A stretch of 34,246 nucleotides of DNA from contig JASJQH010006942.1 of assembly GCA_040143965.1 (NCBI GenBank), positions 1-34,246 of the forward strand, given 5' to 3'. Shown here in pieces: positions 33,929-34,246 of this stretch. Position 1 is the first letter of the stretch. The number at the start of each line of letters is the position of its first letter. A program made the translations under genes and the position numbers. The DNA comes from Basidiobolus ranarum. Taxonomy: Eukaryota. The notes beneath the pieces are model-generated. The model had not been told where the DNA came from. It made no database searches and worked only from the letters and a program-made list of their open reading frames with translations.

Positions 33929-34246
33929 ATGCCTGCCAACAAAACTATCGCTGTCATCGGTTGTGGTGCCGTCGGTGCTTCTTGCGCCTCTTCCATCATT
34001 CTTCGTAATGTCTCCTGTGAGTTGTTGATGGTCGACATCAACCAGAAGGTTGCTGAAGGTCAAGCCCTCGATTTGGCTGACTCTCAATTCCTCTCTTCCA
34101 CCAAGGTCAGAGTTGGTACTTACCAAGAAGCTGGTCAAGCTGACATCATTGTCATCACCGCTGGAGCTGGTCAACGCCCCGGAGAGACTCGTCTCCAGTT
34201 GATTGCCAAGAACTACAGCATCCTCAACAGTGTTATCAGCAGCATG
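33929..34246 (+). CDS. ldh: L-lactate dehydrogenase, 5' part (runs off the window end)
   Basis: MPANKTIAVIGCGAVG..VDIN..AEGQALDLAD..ADIIVITAGAGQRPGETRL; Gln in the specificity loop indicates LDH rather than MDH. Confidence 0.92.
   Translation, partial: MPANKTIAVIGCGAVGASCASSIILRNVSCELLMVDINQKVAEGQALDLADSQFLSSTKVRVGTYQEAGQADIIVITAGAGQRPGETRLQLIAKNYSILNSVISSM

Noticed and set aside
892-34174. Numerous 60-120 aa ORFs antisense to or overlapping real genes (e.g. 892-1254, 11963-12262, 15045-15329, 33908-34174)
   Set aside because: Shadow ORFs of coding exons or intron read-through fragments with no independent protein features

Overview
AT-rich eukaryotic DNA with many short GT-AG introns, most likely from an early-diverging fungus (Zoopagomycota/Mucoromycota-like; inferred from gene content, not proven). 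Intron-rich housekeeping genes: VAP/SCS2, UFD2, SNX3, ATP5/OSCP, FMP32/MCUR1-like, RSM23/DAP3, PTC5-type PP2C, an OSCA/TMEM63 channel and a septin. Intronless genes lie between them: a 7TM-RGS protein, two tandem Ecl1-family zinc-binding genes, a coiled-coil+CBM20 protein, a divergent GPD, a secreted and probably GPI-anchored GH46 chitosanase, and the 5' part of an L-LDH. The most striking signal is at 3.5-6.1 kb. Each Ecl1-like paralog is followed by a ~390-nt non-coding element that is 99% identical between copies, although the C-terminal coding regions differ at most synonymous sites. By eye the element folds on the + strand into GNRA-capped hairpins with an 8-nt kissing-loop complementarity. 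It carries segments antisense to the invariant 5' coding region of its own gene, and it ends at a GTAAGT donor followed by a conserved branch-point/AG block. This is a candidate undescribed structured regulatory RNA system. All structures were read by hand, not computed.
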